From the NCBI RefSeq assembly GCF_009914755.1, contig NC_060948.1: a stretch of DNA of 64,000 bases. One strand, given 5' to 3'. The notes under the pieces were generated by a model. It ran no database searches, was not told the origin of the DNA, and saw only the letters and a program-made list of their open reading frames with translations. Numbering within the stretch: the stretch's first letter is position 1; each line of letters starts with the position of its first letter. Origin of the DNA: the human T2T-CHM13v2.0 reference genome, Homo sapiens. Of this stretch, positions 1 through 15,000 are shown piece after piece. The position numbers and the translations under genes were made by a program.

Positions 1-3000
1 TACATGAGATTGTGTCATATTGCTGGCTCCAGATCCCAGTTAATGTGACATTCTTTCCTACATCCTGCCTAGACAAGACATTGTGTCATATTTTTTGCTA
101 TAGCACCTAAGTGATATCAACTTTCTGCCTACTTTTTTGCCCACAAATTTGATTATGACATATACCTTTCTTCAGTTCAAAAGCCTGATGATCACGCTTC
201 TATTGGGATTCAGCCAATAGGAGATATTTTGCCTTTCACGACTTTAGGTCAGTAGGTAAAATCCTTCACTGCATATTTGAACAAGCTTACAAAATTTTAC
301 AATACTAACTCATCTCACAAAAACTTACTGGGTGGTACAGAGAATTTCATAACAGCGTCCAGAAAAATGTTAATATCATGACTCCACAACACACTCAGGT
401 GAAAGTAAAAGTTATTACCATCCTACATCTACAAAGCTCATTGTTGAGGTCCTGAGTCTAATAAGTAAATACAGCTCATAGATGAAATTGTAACTTTTAT
501 CAAAGAGTCTGGCCACAGGTGGGATGGTGGCTCAATTCTGGACCCAGCTCACAGGTCTAATAATGTTCTCATCCCTGAAACCATCATATAAGAGAGATAT
601 TGACTGTCATATCTGAGTTTAGTGCAATATATAAAATTGTGAATCCATATAAGCATGTAGGTCTCAGCGAGGTTTCAACTCTCAAGTATGTTGTATAAAG
701 TTCTCAAATGTTGTATAGAGTTTCATACAATGGCCATCACCCACATGAGTTTGTGACTAACATATACACAACTAGGTAACAGTTAATGGTGTCCCCCTTA
801 AAGTTGAGGAGATTGAGTCATACCCTTGGCCTGGTACCCCTGTGTTGAGACTTTTTGGTTTAAATTGTTTTCCAGAAGAGCATTTTTACCTATCAATGGA
901 TTAGAATCATAATAATGTGACTCTTCTGCCTGAGGCCTGAAAACGGGATATTTTCACATATCTCTGGGACTATTGGCTAGGTAATATGTCTCTCCTGCCA
1001 CTGCCCTTCCCATAGGAAACTCTGTAACATATTGCTAGATATAGCATCTAGGTAATGTGACTCTGCTCTCTTGCCTGGATCCTGCCCACTGAAGAAACTG
1101 TGACATATCACTGAGAGCAAAACCTATGTGACATTAATGTTGTCTTTGTCCTGGACTCTATCAAGAAAGGAAATTGTTACATGTTTCTGAGCCCAGCACC
1201 CAGGTGTTGTGATTTTCTTTTTTTCTGCAAACTGTTTACATTGGGCCTGGTGACATATTATACGTGAGGCTGTACCCAGGTGGTATGACTCTTCTGCCTG
1301 GTTTCTGCCCAGAAGTTAGATTCTGACATATAACTAGGGAAGCACCTAGTTGATATGACTGTCCTTTTCTTCGTGGGTCCTTCATACTGGGAACACTGGG
1401 ATATATCTCTGAGCCCAAGACTGAAGTGAAATGACTCATTTCCTGCCTAGTCTTTACAATAAAGGGATTGTGACATATTGCAGAGCCCAGAACTCAGGTT
1501 ATTTGACACTCCTTATTTTCTGGAATCATTCCTATCACCAGAATTTTTGGCCTATTGCAGGGCCCAGCACCCATGCAATGTTCCTCTTTTGCCTGGGTCC
1601 TGCACACAGAGAGATGTATGGCATATTGCTGGGGCCAAAACCCTGATAATTTCCTGTCCAGAACAAAACATTATCTCATGCCTCATGACTGTCCTGGAGC
1701 CACAGAAGGTATTTTGACACATCCGCGGCCCATCATATAGGTGTTCTGATTCTCATCTTTTGTCTGGGTTTCTTTCACAGCTGGGATGGTTTTGTATTGC
1801 TGAGTCCAGCACCAATTTAATGTGACTCTAATTTCTATACCTTGCCTAGGGAGGGCATTATGACATATTGCTTGGCACAGCACCAAAGAGATATTACCCT
1901 TCTGTGTAGTTTTTTGCCCACATATGAGACTGTGACATATACCTTACTTCAGATCACAGGCATGATGATGAAACTTATATTGGAATCAGCCAATAGGAGA
2001 TATTTTGCCTTTCATCACTAGGCTTAGGGCAATAGATAAGGTTCTGGTTTGCATATTTGTATGAAGCTCACAGAACTTTACAACAATAACTCATAACGTA
2101 TAATCTCTTTGGGTGGTACAGAGAGTTTCAAGAGAAGAACCAGTAAAATGTTCAGATTGGGGTTCTTGATTATGTACCCAAGTGAAAGCAAATGTTGTTT
2201 CCATCCCACATGGCCAAAGCCCAGAATTATGGTCCTGAGTCTAAAATGTAAATACAGTATGAAGTTGGAATTTTGACCTTCCTCTGTGGATCTGAACACA
2301 GGTGGGATGCTGAGTCATTTTTACGTCTAGCTCACAGGCATGATAATGGATCTCATTCCTTAACCCAGCCTACAGGAGAGATATAAAACCTAGGTTTAGG
2401 GCAATAAGTAAGATCTTGAATCTATACTAGCATGTAGGGGTCAGAGTGGTTTGCCACTCTCATGCATGCTGTATAAGACCTTCAAATGTTGTAGAGTGTC
2501 ATACAACAGCCCAGGAAATGTGCAATTGCGACTCTCATATACAAACCCAGCCCACATTTAATGTTGTCAACATCAAAGTCAAAAATATTTGGCATATTAC
2601 TAGGCCTAGTACCCAAGTGTTGTGACCTTTTGGATTAAATTTTTTTCCCACGGGTGCATTGTGACATATCACTGGGTTACAATTATAATAATGTGACTTT
2701 TCTGCCTGGGCCCTGCCAGCAGGGCAAATTATCTCATATCTCTGGGCCTATAAGCTAGGTGATTTGTCTCCCCTCCCTGTGCACTGCCATCAGAAGACAT
2801 TGTGAAATATTGTTTGGCTTAACATCTAGGTTATGTGATCTCTTCTCTGGCCTGGGTCTGCTCACCAAAAAAGTTCTGACATATCGCTGATTGCAAAACC
2901 TAAGTGATGTGACTCTTCTTCATATTCTAGACTGTGCCAATCAAGGGGATTATTGCATATTGCAGAGCACAGCACCTATGTGGAGTGACTCCCCTTTTTC

Positions 3001-6000
3001 TTCTTTCCTGTCTACGTTGGGCTTGGGAACATATTATTTGAGGCTATACCCAGGTGATGTGACTCTTCTGAATAGGCACAGCCTACTAAGGAGATTATAC
3101 TCAGCACCCAGGTGATGTGACTCTCCTGCCTTTTCCCTGTTCTCAGGTGGAATTGTAACATATATCTTGGTTAAGCACACATGCACAATAATAACTCTTG
3201 TACTTGGACTCAGACAATAGAGTTACTTTATCTCTCAGATCCAGTCTTAAACCCATGGGTAAAATACTGGATTTTTCACTTTTACAAAGTTCATGAAGGA
3301 TTATAACACTCAGTGTATCATATGAAGTCTTAATGGTACAAAGAGTGTCATAACAGAGAACAGCAATGAGAGGTGAATGGGACTTTTGTATGCACACCTA
3401 GCTGAAATGTTTGTCATTCTCACACAGAACAGGGCCTAGGAATGAGGTACTAAATCTCACATATAAAAAGCAGTCAAAAGATGAAATAATTACTCTCATT
3501 CAGGAATCTGATTCACAGGTGGTTTTGTAACATTTGAACCATGATTAAGCACACTGTGGTGCTCTGATTCCCCTGCTGGAACACAGTTTTCAAGTGGGAT
3601 TGGGGATCTTATACATGGATCTGGTTCAATGTTGAGATGGTGACTCCTTACTTCAACCCAGCTCATAGAAAGAATTGACTCACATAAACAAAACTAGGAC
3701 TTGTGTGGGATGTAAAACTTATTTCTGAACCTTCCTGAGAGTATGATTCGGACAAGGTAACTTTGCTCAGCACATGAATAATTTGATTATCTTTTCTTGA
3801 CCCAGACCACAGAATAAATTGTACCATATGTGAAACAGGCAACTAAGAAATAGATCACCTCTTTCATGGCTCTGCCTACAATGGGAACCTTTATGTATCA
3901 CTGGGACCATCACCCAGGTGATGTGAGTTATCTGCATGAAACCTGCCTACAAAAAGAATTGTGTTTTATATCTAGGTCCATCACATAATGGTCGTGGCTC
4001 CCTGACACTGCCTTGGCATAACTTGGCAGTAGCTAACTTGGCAGCACATAACTACATACTGCACACTGGTGATGTGATTCTTCTTTTTGTGTTCTGCCAA
4101 CAGGAAGCATTGTAACATGTCACTTGCCTCAGCGTCTAGGTGATGTTCCTTGGTTTTTGCCTGTACCTTGATCACAGGGAGATTGTGACATAAAGCTGGG
4201 CTGAGCACGAACGTGAGGCCACTCTCCAGCTTTAGTACTGCACAGAACAGACATCGTGACATATCTAGGCCAATCACCTCGACTAAGTGTGGCTCCTTTC
4301 TTACCAAAGTCCTGCCCAGAGAGGGGGTTTTGATATGTCACTGAAATCAGCATCCAGGTGACATGACTCCTCCACCAGGGTCCTTCTCACAAGGTGGATT
4401 GTGACATCTCACTGGAACTGCACCCACTTCGGTGATGGGACTTTCTTTTTTTTTTTTTCTCTCTTGCCACAAGTGATATTGTGCCACATACCAAAGATTA
4501 TAACAGAAGCCTAATAACAACTCATATGCCTGGAGCCCAGGACTTGTGCATTATAGTGGCTCCTAGTCTTAAGTCTTTCCATGAGAGTAATTGTGACATA
4601 TACCTTTGTGCAACTACTGAGTAATTTAATAATTCTGCCTAAGTATAGCCCATAAATAAGATTTTGACAGATTCATTGGCCAAGCACCTTGGTGCTTTGA
4701 CTGAGGTATCTTAAAAATGTACTCAGAGGAGATTGTAACATATTCCTGGACTCTTCATCTAGGTTACATGACTCCTCTTTTGCCTGTACCTTGCTTCCTT
4801 TGGTACTTGCAGCTTTTCTAAACACTGCATCCAAATGATTTGACTCCTTGCCTGGGACATGTCAACAGTAGGCATTTTGACATATTTTTGGGCCCATCAT
4901 TCAGGTTGTATTACTCTCCTCTCCTGCCTGGACACTGCCCACAAGGGACATTGTGCCACAGAGCTGGATCTATCACACAAGTTTTGTGAGATTTCTGATA
5001 GGACACTGCCTACAAAAAAAAAAAATTGAAATATTTCTAGCTCAGCAATTGATGATGTGGCTGTTCTGCCTGCTTCACAACAACAGAGGGAATTGTAAAA
5101 TATACCTCAGCATGGCTCACAGGCATAATAATGACTCTCAAATGTGGACTCAGTAAATACAGAATATTTTGACCCTTATAAGTAAGTTTAGGGACATGTG
5201 CGATGCCCTGGATCTCCTTCTTGTACAGCTGTCACAAAAGATGACAACACTCACGTATATTTTACAAAGTCTGTGGACTATACAGACAGAGTCAAAGCAG
5301 GGCTCAGCACTCAAGTGACATTGTGAGTCTTGTATGCACACAGCCAGCTGAAAGTGAGGACTATTATCATCTCACATGGATGAAGGTAACTGTCACACAT
5401 GAAAACAGGACATGTGTGGTATTGTAAATCTTATCTTTGGAATTTTCTGACAGTGTGATTGTGATATAAATCTTTGCTAAGCACCTGTGTAATTTGACTC
5501 ACAAGATTTGTTCCAGCCCACATATGGGATTATGATACCTACCAAGGCCAACATCGAGGTGATATGACTCTCCTGCCTGGTCGTATCTTTCAGTAAAGAT
5601 TGTGACATGTCCCTGGGTCTAGCATCTTGGTGATGTCACATACTTTCCTATGCCAGGTGCCCCAAAATTGTTGTGACATGTTTCTGTGTCCACCACACAG
5701 TTGATGTAAGTCTTCTCTCTGAAATGGGTTCTGTACAACAGAAGGATAGTGACGTATTTCGAGAACAGGCACACAGGAAAGGGTATTCGTTTGCCAGTGG
5801 ATCCCCAAAGGAGGGCATTGTGACATATGTCTGGGCCTATCACCTAGGTTCTGTGACTCTCCTCCTTGGGCTTTTCCAACCTTAAGAGTTACATATTTCT
5901 AGCCCAGGCACACAGGTGATGGTATTCTTTTGCCAGGGCTCTGCTTCATAGTGGACATTGTGGCATATCTCTGGGCCTATCATCTGGGTGAAGTGACGGC

Positions 6001-9000
6001 CTCCTTGAGCCCTACACATATGGGGCATTGTGGCATAATCAGAAAACTTGCATCTAGTGTGATATTTCTCTCTTGGCTGGGTGCTGCATTAAGAGAGTCT
6101 TTGACATGTCTTGGGACACAGCCCCCAAGTGATGTTGCTATTCTGCCTGGTTTTTTTCCACATATTACATCGTGACATATTCCTAGGGAAGCACATATGT
6201 GATATGCCTCTCCACTTCTACCTGAGCCCTGTCTACTGGGACATTGGGACATATCTCTGAGCCCATGACCTAAATGATGTGACTCTCCTTTTCTGCCTGG
6301 GCGTTCATAACAGGATTTTGGAACATTGCTGAAGCTAGCACTTAGGATATGTGACTCTCTCCTTTTACCCAAACCTGGCCCACAGGAAAGAAATTTTGAC
6401 CTATTGCATTGCCCAGCACCCAGATGCTGTTAATCATCTACTGGAATCTGCATAAAGAGCTAATTATGACATATTTGCATATTGCTGGTCCCAGCACCCT
6501 TATGATGTGACTTTCCTGCTTGTGCTGGAGCTACTGTAGGTATGTTGACATATCTTGGGCATATTATTTAGGTATTTTGGCTCTCATAACTCAGCTGAGT
6601 TTTTTCCACATGTGGGATTGTATCATATTGCTGGGTCCAGCATGCAGTTAATGTGACTCAATTTCCTATACCCTGCCTAGAGAAGACATTGTGACATATT
6701 TCCTGGCACAGCATCAAAATGATCTTACACTCCTGCCTAGTGTTTTGCACACATATGTAATTATAATATATACCTTACTTCAGTTCACAGCCATGATGAT
6801 CAAACTTACATTGGGATTCAGCCAAAAGAAAATATTTTGCCTTTCATTGTTAGGCTTGTTGAAATAAGTAAGGTCTTGGGTTGCAAGTTTGTACCAAGCT
6901 CACAGAAGCTTACAGCACTAAATTATATTGTATAAGCTCTTTTGTGGTAGAAATTTTCATAACGTGGTCCAGCAAAAAGCTCAGATTGGGACTTTCTATT
7001 ACACACCCAGGTGAAATTAGAAGTTGCCACCATCTCGCATTACAAAGCCAACTGTTGAGGCTCTGAGTCTTAAACCCTCACACAGGGGTTTATGAAATGT
7101 CACTAAAAGGAGCTTCCAGGTGATGTGACCCTTCTCCCAGGGTCCTGCCCACCAAGGGAATTGTCACATCTCACTGGACCCGCACCTACATAGGTGATGT
7201 GACTTTCTTGCCTTCTCTTTGACCACTGGAGATATTGTGCCATTTATCTGAGGCCATAACAAAAGCCTAATAAGAACTCATAAGTCTGCAGCCAGGACAT
7301 GTGCAGGATGGTGTGTCTTATTCTTAAACCTTTCCAGAAGTGTAATTGTATATACACCTTTATACACTACCTGAGAAATTTAATAATTCCATGTAAGTAT
7401 AGCCCACAAATGAGATTTTGACAAATACCTGTGTCAAGCACCTTGTCGATATGACTGTGCTACCTTAACAATGCTTTCAGGGGGAATCACCACATATTTC
7501 TGGATGTATTATCTAGGGTACATGACTCTCATCTTTGGCCTGTACCCAGGTTCCTTTAGTAATTGTAGCATTTCTAAACATTGAATCCAAATGACATGAC
7601 ACTCTCTTGTGGACTGTCTCAATAAGAGGGATTTTGACATATTTTTGGGTTCAGCTTTTATGTGACATGACTCTCCTCTCCTCTCCTGTCTGGATACTGA
7701 GCACAGTGGAATTTGTGCAACAGAGCTGGATTTAGCACACAAGGTATGTGATATTTTGGACAGGAGACTCCCTGTAAACAGAATATTGGAATATTTCTGG
7801 CCCAGCATTTAGGTGACATGGCTGTTCTGCCTGCCCCATAACCACAGAGGGAATTTGTAACATACACCTAGGCATGGCTCAGAGGAATAATAATGACTCT
7901 CATATGTAGATTCAGCCAATAGAGGATATTTTGACTCTTATAACTCAGTTTAGGGACATGCATGATGTCCTGGATCACTTTCATGTACAAACATCACAAA
8001 AGATTACAATGCTCAAATATGTCTTACAAAGTGTTTGGGTTATATAGACAGAGTCAAAGAAGGGCTCAACACAGAGATGAAAGTGTAAGTCTTCTATGCA
8101 CACCCACCTGACAGTAAGAATTGCCATTATCTTGCATGAAGTCAACTGTTACACATGAAAACAGGACTTGCGAGTTATTGCCAACTTTATATTTGGAATT
8201 TTCTGACAGTGGGATGGTGATCTTTGTCAGAGACCTGTATAATTTGACTCTCCAGACTTGCTCAGGTCCATATATGGGATTGTGATATACACCTAGGCCA
8301 AACTCGAGGTGATGTGACTCTCCTGGTCTCCTGATGTGACTCCTGATGTGACTCTGGGCCCTTCTCTCATTAAGTGTTGTGATATATCACTGGATCTAGT
8401 ATCCATGTGATGGTACAGTCTTTCCTGAGCCACGCTCACCAAAATTATTGTGGCATATTTTTGTGTCCACCATATAGGTGATGTAAATCTCCTCTCTGGA
8501 ATAGGCCTTGCACAAAGGAAGGGTAGTGATAAATTGCAAAGCCAGGCACACAGGTGGGGATACTTTTGCCAGAGCAATGCCCAAAGGAGGGCAGTTTGGC
8601 ATATCTCTGGACCTGTCACCTAGATAATGTGGCTCTCCTACTTGGTTCTTGCCATCCTGGAGAGTGACATATTTCTAGGCCAGGCACACAGGTGATGGTA
8701 CTCTTTTCCCAGGGCTATGGTAACCCAGGGCTTTGCTTCATAGAGGACATTGTGATATATCTCTGGCCCTGTCACCCAGTTGGTATTACTCAATGCTTTG
8801 GCCTCAATGAGATAGAACATTGTGACATGAAAATGAAACCTGCACCAAGGTGATGTAACTCTTTCACCTTGTTTCTGTTCTAAGGGGGACTTGGGACATA
8901 TCATAGAACCTAGCACACAGGTAATGTGGCTCTTCTGCCTGTTTTCTGCCCATGTGTCAGATTTTGACTTATACATAAAGAAGGATATAGGAGATATTAC

Positions 9001-12000
9001 TCTCCCTTTCTGAGTTCTCCCTACTGAAGATATTGGGATCTATCTCTGAGCCCATGACCTAAGTGATATGACTCTCTTTCCCTGCTTCACCCTTCAAAAT
9101 GGTGGGATTGTGGAGATATTGCTGAGACTAGCATTTAGGTCATGTGAGTCTACTGTTTGATGAAATTGTGACATATGTAGAACATATACCTAAGCAAAGG
9201 TGCCTGGACCTGCCTATTAATTGCACTTTTACATATCACTGGGACCAGTACACAGGTGAGGTAAATTATTAGCCTTATCTCTGCCTATAAAAGACATTGT
9301 GGCTTATATCTAGGTCTATCATGCAAGTGATGTGACTTCTACTTCCTTTTCTGTGCACTTACGGTGCATTGTGACACATAACTGGGTAGTGCACCCAGGT
9401 GATGTGACTCTCCATTCCTGTTCTGCCAACAGGAAGCTTTGTAATATATCACTTGGATCAGCACATAGGTCCTGTTTCTCCTCTCTTGCCTCACCCTGAC
9501 AGCAAGGGAGATTTTAACATATTACTAAACCCAGTGCCAAAGTGAGGTCACTTTCATACCTTGGTTTTGCAAATAACAGTCATTGTGACATATATCTAGG
9601 CCAATTGCCTAGGTAAAATGAATCTCCTCAACTTCTTAAGGCCTGCCCAGAAAATGAATTTTGATATATCACTAAAACCAGCATCCAGGAAATGTGACTC
9701 TTCTTCCAGGGTCCTGGACACATGAAAGATTGTGACATCTCACAGGACCAGCACGCACCCAGATGATGTGACATTTCTGCTTGCTCTCTGCCCTTAGATG
9801 ATATTGTGCCATATACTTGAGACGAAATAAGAGGACTAATTGTGACTCTTAAACCTTAAGCCAGGTCATATGCGAGAAGGTGACTCCCATTCCTGAAAGT
9901 TTCCACCTGTGTCATTGTGATATATACTATTTCCCAGTTCTTCAACTTAATTATCCTACCAAGGTGTATCCCACAAATTAGATTTGGATATATACCTCAG
10001 CTGAGTACGTTGGTGATTTGACTCTCCTATCTTTACAATATGCTTTGGAAGGATTATAACATGGTTCTGGACCCATCATCTAGTTATCTGACTCTCCTCT
10101 CTTGCCTGGACCCTTCTTCCACCTGGGATTGTACCATTTCTAAGAACTGCATCCAAGTGGTCTGACTCTCTTGCCTGGTTCTTTCACATGCAATATTGTG
10201 ACACATCTCTGGGCCTAGCATTTCAGTGATATGAGTCTCTTCTTCTGTCTCGACATTGCTCACAAGAGGCATTGTGCCATACACTGATAGGGGCCATACA
10301 CCTGACAGTGTAACCCCCACGTTATGCAACTTTGCTGACAGTAACTTGCCAACAAGGAGAATATTGGAACACTTCTGGCTCAGTGCTTGGTGTACTTGGC
10401 TGTCATGCCTATTTCATTACCACACAGTAAGTTGTTACATACACCTAGGCACAACTCACAGGTATGATTATGACTGTCATATGTGGACCCCAGAAATTTG
10501 AGTAATTTTAAATTTCATAACTTGCCTCAGAAACAGGAGTGAATGAATCACTTTCTTGTAAAAAAGGACAAAGAAGATTTTAACAGCCTAGGATATTTTA
10601 TAAAGCCCTTGGCTTGTACAGAGATTATAATAATGGAACCCAGTAGAAAGGTGAAACTTTGAGTCTCATATGCACACCAATCTGACCATAAGGACTGTCA
10701 TCATCTCATATATATAAAGCCAAATGTCATTCATGAAAATAGGACATGTGTAGTATTTTAAATCTCATCCTCATAATTTTCTGCCAGTGTGTTTGTGATA
10801 TAAATCTTTGCCAGCTGAGCCACTGTATTATTTGACCCTTCAAACTTGCTCCAGCCCACAAAGTTATTTTGATATCTACCTGGGCCAAATTCTAGGTGAT
10901 GTAATGCTTTGTCCTAGGCCCTGCTCTCAGTAAGAATTATGCATATCACTAGATCCAGCACTCAGGTCATGTTACATTTTTGCCTGAGTCATGTGCACAG
11001 AAATCACTGGGACATATCACCGTGTCAACCACTTAGGTGACATAACTCTACTCATTAGAATGGGCCTTGCACACAGTGGGGAATAGTAACTTGCCTGGGC
11101 CAGGCAAAGAGGTCACAGTATTATTTCGCTAGGGCCCTGTCCTAAAGAGGGCATTTGACAAATCTCTGGGCCTATCAGCTAGGTGATGTTGCTCTCCTGT
11201 TTGGGTCCTGCTTACCTGAATAGTGACATATTGCTAGGCTAGTTACACAGGTGATGGTGCTCTTTCACCAGGGCCATAACTCAAGGAGGACATTGTGATA
11301 TATCTCTGTGCCTATCAGCTAGATGGTGTGACTCTGTGCTTGAGCCCGACCACATAGAACATTGTGATTTAAGTGTAGAACCTGCACTCATTTGCTGTAA
11401 CTCTCTAGCCAGGTTCCTGTCTTAAGGGAGACTTGTGATGCATCTCCAGACCAAGCATCTTCTGCCTGGCTTCACCTAACATGTTAGATTATGCCATAAA
11501 CCTAGGGAAGTACCAACGTGATATGACTCTTCTGTTATGCCTGAGTCTTACCTACTTGGGACATTAGACTATATATCTGAGGCTGTGTCTTAAGTAATGT
11601 GACTATTTTCTTTTGCTTGTTTGTTTTGTTTTGTTTTGTTGTTTGTTTTTACAATGAGTTGATGTAACATATTGCTATGCCAAATAATTAGGTAATATGA
11701 CTCTTCATTTTTTAACAAACTGTGGCCATAAAAAGGAATTTTGATGTATTGCTGGGCCCAGCACCAAGATGTTGTTCCTCTTCTGACTGGGTCCTGCGTA
11801 AAGATAGAATTATGGCATACTGCTGATGATCTAACTCTCCTGATTCTGCCAGAGCAACAGAAAGTATTTTTACATACCTTGGGTCAATTCTGTAGGTGGT
11901 TTTGCTCTCATTATTTTTCTGGGTTTGTTTTATCCACATTTGGGATTGTCTCATATTGCTGGGTCCAGCACCCAGTTATTGTAACCCGCATTCCAGACCC

Positions 12001-15000
12001 TGCATAGAAAGGGCATTGTGACATATTTGCTTGGCACAGAATGTAAGTTGTTCTACCCTCCTGCTATTTTTTTCTACAAATGGGTTTATGAAATTTACAT
12101 TGCTTCATTTCAGAGGTATGATTATCAACTGAAATTGGAATTCTACCAATAGCAGATGTTTTGTCTCTCATCACTACACTACAACTTTGAGTTGCAAATT
12201 TGAATAAAGCTAACAAAAGTTTAAAATAGTAACTCATACTATATAAAATCCTTGGATGGTACCTAGAACTTTATAAAAGGGCCTAGCAAACAGTTAAAAT
12301 CGTGGCTGTTGTTTACACATTCAGGTGAGAGCAAATGTTGTCATCATCTCACATTTACAAAGCTCAGTGTTGAAGTCCTGAGTTTCAAATATAAATAAAG
12401 TAAAGAGATGGAATTGTGACTTTTGTATGTCGATTTTGATACAGGTGAGATGGTGACTCATTTCTGGACACAGATCCGGGACATAATAATGAGCGATCCT
12501 GTCTAAACCCAGCCTATAAGAGAGATGAGGACTATCATAACTGGGTTTATAGCAATATGTAGGATTGTGAGTTAATGTGAGCATGTAGGCCACAGAAAAG
12601 ATTGCAACTCTCATGAATGTCGCATAAAGCTTTCGGCTGTTGTAGAGTGTGTTGTATGATGACTCAGAACACACATGACATTGCACCTTTTATATACACA
12701 CCAAGCTAACAATCAAAGACATCACCCTAATACATGAAGAGGTTGTGTCATATCACTGGGTCCAGTACCTCTAGGTATTGAGAACTTTCGGTTAAATTCT
12801 ATTTTCATGGGTGCTTTGTGAAATATCCCTGTGTTAGATTTGTAATAATGTGACTCTTCTGCTTGGACCCTGCCAACAGTGGATATTGTCAAATATCTTC
12901 ATTCCTATCAGCTAGATGGCGTGTCTCTCCTGCCAGTTCACTGTCCACTGGGATACTGTGACCTATTGTTAGATATTGCATCTAGGTAATGTGAATCTAC
13001 TTTCCTGCCTGGATCCTGCTCTCTGAAGAAATTGTGACATACCACTGAGTGTAAAACCTAGGTGATGTGACTCTCCTCTTTATCCTGGACTCTGCCAAGA
13101 GGGGAATTATAACATATTGCTGAGCCCTGTACCAAGAGAATGTGACTATCCACTCTATTTTCAACCCTGTATATGGTGGGCATGATTGTATATTATCTGA
13201 GACTGTGCCCAGGTGATATGACTCTTCTGACTGGATCCTGCCTACAATGGACATGATAATCTATCCCTGGATCAGAACCCAGATGATGAGACTCTTCTTT
13301 CTTGTCTCTGCCCGAAGCTGAAACTGGGACTTATAGCTGGCTTCAGCTCATATGCACAATAATAAATCTCATAACTAGACCCAGTCAGGGAAGGTTTTTT
13401 GACTCTCATAGCCAGCCTTACCGCCATGGGTAAAGTCCAAGATCACCCACCTGTAAGAATTCACAGTAACATATTCTATTTAGGCATATCACATAAAGCC
13501 TGAGTGGTACAAAGGGTGTCATAGCAGGCAACAGATACCAGGTGCTACTGTGACTCTTGGATTAACACTCACCTGATACAATTGTTATTCTCACACATTA
13601 ACAGAGTCTACATATGAGGTACTAAATCTCACACATATAATCAGTAGAAGCTTGAAATTGTTGCTTTCATGCATGAATCTGATCCACAGGTTGTTAGGTG
13701 ACTTTTGAACCATGATTCAGCAGAACAGTGGTGCTGTGACTCTCCCACTGGAACACAATCTTCAGGTGGGATTGGGACTCTTATACATGAATCTTGCTTA
13801 TTGTTGAGATTGTGACTACCATACTTTGACCCAATTCACAGGAGGTGTTGACTTTTATCAACATCTGAGTGATTTAACTATGTTTCTACACCCAGGGCAC
13901 AGTTGAAATTGTGACATACATGCACCAAACACCTAAGCAATGTATGACACTTTTTTCACCATGTGACAAAGGGCACTTTTACATATCACTGTGACAAGCA
14001 CACAGGTGATGTGAAATCTTGCCCTGACGCCTGCCTAAAAACAGCACTGTGGCTTTTATCTAGGTTCATCCCATAAGTGATGTGACTGCTTCCTTCTACC
14101 TTGGCCCTGCATTTACAATGCATTGTGACACATAACTGGGCACTGCACTCAGATGATGTGACTCTTTTTGTGGGGGCTTTGCCAATAGGAAGCTTTTTTA
14201 TATATTCCATGGCTCAGTATCTAGGTAATGTTTCTTCTCTCTTTCCTGGGCCCTGACCAGCAAAGAGATTGTGACATGTGGCTGAACCCAGCACCAACAT
14301 TAGGTCACTCTTCTGCTTTGGTTCTTCACATAGCAGCTTTTGTGACATATATTCATTCCAATTGCCAAGATGAAGTTTTCCTACTGTTCTTCCTAAGCCT
14401 TGCCTACAGGGGGCATTTACATATATCACTGTAACCAGGATCCAGGTGATGTGACTCTTCTTCCAGAGTCCTGCCCAAAAGTAGGATTGTAACATTTCAC
14501 TGGACTAGCACCCACACAGATGATGTGACTTTCCTTTCTTCTCCCTGCCACGGATGATATTGTGCCATATACCTGAAACCAGACCAAAGCCCTAATAATG
14601 ACTCTTGTACCTGGAGACAGGACATGTGCAGGGTGGTGACTCTCATTTCTGAACATTTCCACAGTTGTTTTTGTGACACATACCTTTGCCCAGCTCCTTT
14701 GTAATTTAATAGTCCTTTTTACTTATAGCCCACAGATTATATTTTGACACATGCCTGGGCCAAGCACCTTGGTAATTGGATTATCCTGTCTAAAAGTGAC
14801 CTCAGAAGGGATTGTAACATATCTCTATACTTATCACATAAGATATGTGACTCTCCTCTCCAGTCTAAACCCTGCTTCCATTGAAGATTGTAGCATTTCT
14901 AAGCACTGCATCCAAATGGCATGACTCTCTGGCCTGAGCCTTTCAACACGAAACATTGTGATGCATCTCTGGGTCCATCATTTATCTTATATGACTCTCC

